Shown here piece by piece: positions 53,056 to 56,970 of a DNA stretch of 56,970 nt. Below the pieces are notes generated by a model, which searched no databases, was not told the origin of the DNA, and was given only the letters and a program-made list of their open reading frames with translations. The position numbers were made by a program, and so were the translations under genes. Origin of the DNA: Candidatus Nanoarchaeia archaeon (lineage in GTDB: Archaea; Nanobdellota; Nanobdellia; SCGC-AAA011-G17; GW2011-AR18); contig DASRUL010000005.1 of NCBI GenBank assembly GCA_035655455.1, positions 1 through 56,970 of the forward strand. The letters are read 5' to 3'. Each line of letters opens with the position of its first letter. The first letter of the stretch is position 1.

Positions 53056-54405
53056 GTGGAATTCGTAAACGTTCTCGAGGGAAGACGAAGCGTCAGAAAA
53101 TACAAGCAAGAACCCATTTCCCAAGAAACCATCCAAGAAATCATCAGAGCAGGATCATGCGCACCCAAACCCTCAAACAGACAGCAATGGGAGATCATCG
53201 TCGTTGACAACAAATCAGTCCTTGAACGCTTCATAAAAGAGGCAGGAGCACAAGAACACGTTCTCGCAGCACCAACAGTTCTCGTTATCGTTGTTGACAC
53301 GGAATTCAACAAAGAACACTGGTCCAACATCCAAGCAACAGCAGCAGCCTGCCAAAACATGCAACTCCGTGCATTTGATCTCGGCTACGGAAGCTGCGTC
53401 ATGGCCGGATTCGGAGACGGAAAAGCCATCAAAAAAATTCTTAACGTCCCAGATCCTTGGGACGTCACCTGCTTCATGATGCTCGGCAAACCAGACGAAG
53501 CACCCTCAACACCACCAAAAAAACACGTTGAGGAAATTCTCCACTACAATACCTTCGTTGACAGGACTGAGAGACTGCCAAGCAGCGTCCGCATCAAAGA
53601 CTGGACTCTTAATCAGGTTCGGCAACACCAAAAATTCGCCTCTCGCGCTTATCGCATGGGAACAGACTACGAATTCTACGATCCGGAGGAGATCTCCAAA
53701 ATCCAACACATCATCAAACAATACATTCCTAGCCAAGGAAAAATCCTCAACATCTTGGGATACGACGGAACCGTCCTCAAACACCTCCAACACCTCTTTC
53801 CCAACCACGAATTCATCGACTGCGAATTAAGCCCAGAAGCAGGAGAATTCGTCAAATCCAAAACCCAAAACATCAACTTTGTCACCTTTACAGACAAAAT
53901 CGAAGGCGTAGAAGACAACACCATCGACCTCGTTTTACTCACTTTCGCACTCGAAAAGTCACCAGAAAAGGAAAAACTCCTCGGAGAAGCCCACCGCGTC
54001 TTAAACCCAGAAGGAAAACTCATCGCCTTTGTTAAAAACAAGGCCTCCTCCTACGGACTCATGTACTATGCCATCATCAAACTTTTAGGCATCAACCATC
54101 TCGAAGGATTCTACATCAGATCAGGGCCTTTTGAACCTGTCAGCATCTATCAAACAAAAAAACTTTTACAAAACAACAGGTTCAACATCCAGGATAAAAA
54201 AGGAATCTTCCTTCTTCCGGCAGAAATAAAAATCTACACCAAAAAAGTAGACGGCTACCTCCACCGACACGGGCACAAACTTTCCGTTTTCAAATACCTC
54301 ATTAAGCCGGCACTCTGGCTCGGAAACTTCACTTTCAATAGCACAAAATGGATCAACAACCCTTACTTATCCTCAACAATCTGCGTCATCGCCAAAAAAC
54401 AATGA
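53056..54405 (+). CDS. fusion protein: nitroreductase-family flavoprotein (N) plus SAM methyltransferase-like domain (C)
   Basis: N-terminal LEGRRSVRKYKQEPISQETIQEIIRAGSCAPKPSNRQQWEIIVV (nitroreductase signature). The C-terminal half has an MTase layout (KILNILGYDGTVL...IDLVLLTFALE...NPEGKLIAFV). GTG start. Confidence 0.65.
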   Translation: MEFVNVLEGRRSVRKYKQEPISQETIQEIIRAGSCAPKPSNRQQWEIIVVDNKSVLERFIKEAGAQEHVLAAPTVLVIVVDTEFNKEHWSNIQATAAACQNMQLRAFDLGYGSCVMAGFGDGKAIKKILNVPDPWDVTCFMMLGKPDEAPSTPPKKHVEEILHYNTFVDRTERLPSSVRIKDWTLNQVRQHQKFASRAYRMGTDYEFYDPEEISKIQHIIKQYIPSQGKILNILGYDGTVLKHLQHLFPNHEFIDCELSPEAGEFVKSKTQNINFVTFTDKIEGVEDNTIDLVLLTFALEKSPEKEKLLGEAHRVLNPEGKLIAFVKNKASSYGLMYYAIIKLLGINHLEGFYIRSGPFEPVSIYQTKKLLQNNRFNIQDKKGIFLLPAEIKIYTKKVDGYLHRHGHKLSVFKYLIKPALWLGNFTFNSTKWINNPYLSSTICVIAKKQ

Positions 54406-55094
54406 ACCTCAAAATACACACTCTCCGACAAATCGGAAACACTATCAAAATCATTTCCCTCGGCTTAACAGGACAGTCCTTCCCTTTTCGTCCAGGACAA
54501 GCAGTAGCTCTTACCATCAATGCACCTGAACATGACATCCTCAATCAAAAACGCTACTATTCTCTCTCCTCTTCGCCCCTTACAACAACGCATCTTGAAC
54601 TTCTTATCAAAGATAATGCCACAAGCGGCGTAGGTCATTATCTTTATAACACTCTTAAAAAAGGACAAACCCTTGAAATTTCTGGACCCTATGGAAATAT
54701 GGTTCTTCCAGAAAAGATACCTGCTTCTATTACTCTTATCGCAGGAGGATCTGGTATCGCTCCCCTTATGAGCATCCTCCGCTATCTTACTACAACCAAC
54801 TCTTCAACAAAAATTTCTGTCCTGTACAGCACAAAGACCCTCAAAGAAACAGCCTATAGGGACGAACTCCAAACTCTCGCATCCCAAGCGAAAATCACTT
54901 ACATCTCTACCCTGACTGAAGAGTCTTGGGGCGGAACTACCGGAAGAATCCTCCGCCCATTCTTAGAACAACACCTTCCCACAAAAGAAGGAATCTTCTT
55001 CATCTGTGGACCAAAAGACATGATCAAAGACACCTCTCAAGCACTCAAGGACATCGGCGTTCAAGAACAATCCATCATCATTGAACGCTACTAA
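54402..55094 (+). CDS. ferredoxin-NADP reductase-like FAD/NAD(P)-binding oxidoreductase
   Basis: RYYSLSS (RxYS FAD motif), GPYGNM, LIAGGSGIAPLMSIL. The ATG at 54402 overlaps the upstream stop (ATGA). Confidence 0.75.
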   Translation: MNLKIHTLRQIGNTIKIISLGLTGQSFPFRPGQAVALTINAPEHDILNQKRYYSLSSSPLTTTHLELLIKDNATSGVGHYLYNTLKKGQTLEISGPYGNMVLPEKIPASITLIAGGSGIAPLMSILRYLTTTNSSTKISVLYSTKTLKETAYRDELQTLASQAKITYISTLTEESWGGTTGRILRPFLEQHLPTKEGIFFICGPKDMIKDTSQALKDIGVQEQSIIIERY

Positions 55095-55098
55095 ACCC

Positions 55099-56304
55099 AT
55101 GCGCAAACTCAACATCCTCCTCCTCGCATTTGAGTTTCCACCCTATCCCCTCGCTGGAACAGGATTCTACGCCTACAACCTCGTAAAATCCCTCAAAGGA
55201 CACAATGTTACTCTCCTCACTCCAAACCACAGCGGCCGCGATCAAAACCCAGAACTCCCAGACAATGTCGAAATCAAAAGAATTCCCACCTTCAGCCTTC
55301 TCACAGGACAAGCCACGGCTAACAGGAGATTCATCGATAAAAAAACCCTCTTCGCTCTCAAAGTAAAAAATTATATTAAAGAAAACATTAACCTTAAGGA
55401 TTATAACATTTTCCACAGCCTCAACGAACGCGACGCAGCATTCTTAGACTATACTTACATGAACAAATCACTCCCAACGCTCGTCTCAGTCAACGACTAC
55501 TACATCCTAGGCGCTTCGCTTAATCCCTTCGCCTTTGAATTCAAATCTACCGACCTACCCTTACGCTACGCCCATCATAATATCATGAAACACTTCTATA
55601 AAAAAGCACTACGACAATGCACAAAAATCATTCCAAACTCCAACTTTGTTAGCAATGTTATCCAAAAAACTTGCAGTCTTACCCCTGAGAAAATAAAAGT
55701 TATCCACCGAGGCATTGACACAAAAAAATTTAATATCCAACCAGCGGCACACAAATACACCAACAACAAAATCCTCTTCATCGGTCCAAACGCAGAAAGA
55801 AAAGGAGCGCTCTTCGTTTTACAAGCACTTCCAGACATCCTAAAATACCATCCAGAAACAACACTCACTCTCATCGGCAGCTGCTCCTGGGTCTACAAAC
55901 AAAAATTACTTTCTTTCATCAAAGAAAACAACCTTACTAAGAATGTCACCTACCTCGAGCATTTACCCCAAGACGCGCTCTTATCCTACTACCAAGAAGC
56001 AAACGTCTTCATCATGCCCTCCATCATGGAAGCACTCGGACAAGTCTATCTGGAAGCGATGACCGCACGAACTCCAGTCATCGGAGCGAACGTAGGCGGT
56101 GTCAGCGAAATCATTACAGAAGATGTGGGGTTCTTAGTAGAACCACAAAACCCTCAGGCAATCAGCGACGCTGTCAAGAAAATCTTTTCAGACCCTTTCT
56201 TTGCAAAAAAACTCGGAGACGCAGGGCATAAACGCGTAATGGAATACTTCTCTATCGGACGACAAATGAAAGAAACACTCGACCTCTATAAGAGCTTACT
56301 TTAA
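55099..56304 (+). CDS. GT4-family glycosyltransferase
   Basis: MRKLNILLLAFEFPPYPLAGTG...MPSIMEALGQVYLEAMTARTPVIGANVGGVSEII. Confidence 0.8.
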   Translation: MRKLNILLLAFEFPPYPLAGTGFYAYNLVKSLKGHNVTLLTPNHSGRDQNPELPDNVEIKRIPTFSLLTGQATANRRFIDKKTLFALKVKNYIKENINLKDYNIFHSLNERDAAFLDYTYMNKSLPTLVSVNDYYILGASLNPFAFEFKSTDLPLRYAHHNIMKHFYKKALRQCTKIIPNSNFVSNVIQKTCSLTPEKIKVIHRGIDTKKFNIQPAAHKYTNNKILFIGPNAERKGALFVLQALPDILKYHPETTLTLIGSCSWVYKQKLLSFIKENNLTKNVTYLEHLPQDALLSYYQEANVFIMPSIMEALGQVYLEAMTARTPVIGANVGGVSEIITEDVGFLVEPQNPQAISDAVKKIFSDPFFAKKLGDAGHKRVMEYFSIGRQMKETLDLYKSLL

Positions 56305-56412
56305 ACAGCGCAAGAAACAGAACATTTCTTCTCTAAATACCTTTGATGGTATTCCTCAACCCTATAAAATCTGGAGATCATTTAGAACGCATAATAGAAT
56401 TTGAGTAATTCT

Positions 56413-56970
56413 TTAACGGCGATGCATGTCTGCCAAAAAACCAAAGAGAACAATCTGCAAACCAATAGTAATCAATAACATACTCAAAACCGTCGAAGGA
56501 AGATGACCAACCTTTCCCGTTGCCAAGAATAAGTATACTAATGCGAGACCAAGTATTAAACCTAAAAAAATAAAGCTGGCGCCAAACAATCCAAAGAATC
56601 TCAAAGGCTCATAATCACGATAAATCCTAAAAATATTAATCCACGCCTTCACAGCATACTCCAACGGATTCGAAATCAACCGAGACTTTCCATCGCGCTT
56701 CGCAAAATACACAGGAACTTCTTTAATCCTAAACTTCTGCCGCGCAGCGCGAATCACCGTCTCCTGCGTGTAGGTGTGGGTTGAAATCACGGGAACAGCA
56801 GCAGCGACTTCTTTTGTAAACGCTCTAAACCCTGTCTGACCGTCAGAAATTCTCAAGCCTGTAATCCTCGAAATCACCTGAGAAAACGCCTTGTTTCCCA
56901 ACCTTTTCACCAAGGGCATGTACTCAATCTTTCCCTTAAAACGAGAACCAAGCACAAGATCAGCCTCACC
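56413..56970 (-). CDS. GT2 glycosyltransferase with C-terminal TM helices (GtrB/Dpm1-like), 5' end beyond window edge
   Basis: The frame is open to the window end (...GEADLVLGSRFKGK...). GLRISDGQTGFRAF is typical of the family, followed by two C-terminal TM helices. Confidence 0.7.
   Translation of the reverse strand, partial: GEADLVLGSRFKGKIEYMPLVKRLGNKAFSQVISRITGLRISDGQTGFRAFTKEVAAAVPVISTHTYTQETVIRAARQKFRIKEVPVYFAKRDGKSRLISNPLEYAVKAWINIFRIYRDYEPLRFFGLFGASFIFLGLILGLALVYLFLATGKVGHLPSTVLSMLLITIGLQIVLFGFLADMHRR

Noticed and set aside
1-56970. tRNA, rRNA or other canonical RNA genes.
   Set aside because: Scanning the few intergenic gaps over 100 bp by eye, I found no cloverleaf-compatible sequence or conserved T-loop (GTTCGAATC-like) motif. 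A proper tRNAscan or Infernal run is still needed.

Overview
This 57-kb window is almost entirely coding and looks archaeal, probably from a small compact genome of the DPANN type. The support is A/T-rich TATA-like boxes about 21-32 nt upstream of most first-in-operon start codons, no obvious Shine-Dalgarno sites, 4-nt ATGA gene overlaps, an AglH/WecA-type GlcNAc-1-P transferase and a LAGLIDADG intein. The core is a very large surface-glycan or glycoconjugate biosynthesis island. I count about 13 GT2/GT4 glycosyltransferase domains, 4 polytopic GT-C-like membrane proteins and 2 Wzx/MOP flippases plus a flippase-like protein. There are also about 9 SAM-methyltransferase domains, 3 B12-binding radical SAM enzymes, 2 SPASM/twitch radical SAM enzymes and a ferredoxin. 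A nitroreductase-methyltransferase fusion sits next to an FNR-like reductase, alongside sugar-nucleotide enzymes and an SxtI/J/K-like carbamoyltransferase module. The more unusual signals come from mobile and selfish DNA laid over this island. (1) A 339-aa LAGLIDADG intein sits inside the carbamoyltransferase. (2) Two transposase-less cargo elements of about 3 kb each have terminal inverted repeats (TIR) and 8-9 bp target-site duplications (TSD). One carries an M64-like metallopeptidase with about 10 tandem four-Cys modules and a Cys-rich lipoprotein. The other carries an AbrB-like gene and a RelE-type toxin-antitoxin pair. (3) A dead IS5-like element has been split by an IS200-like element. 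(4) A 130-bp miniature inverted-repeat element (MITE) with a 9-bp TSD lies in a divergent promoter. (5) A second IS200-type TnpA lacks its catalytic Tyr. The window also shows a gmd pseudogene fused in frame to an SGNH hydrolase, six divergent gene pairs that each share one central TATA box, and a C>G bias on the + strand that appears independent of gene orientation. All family calls rest on motif recognition by eye. No BLAST or HMM search was possible.
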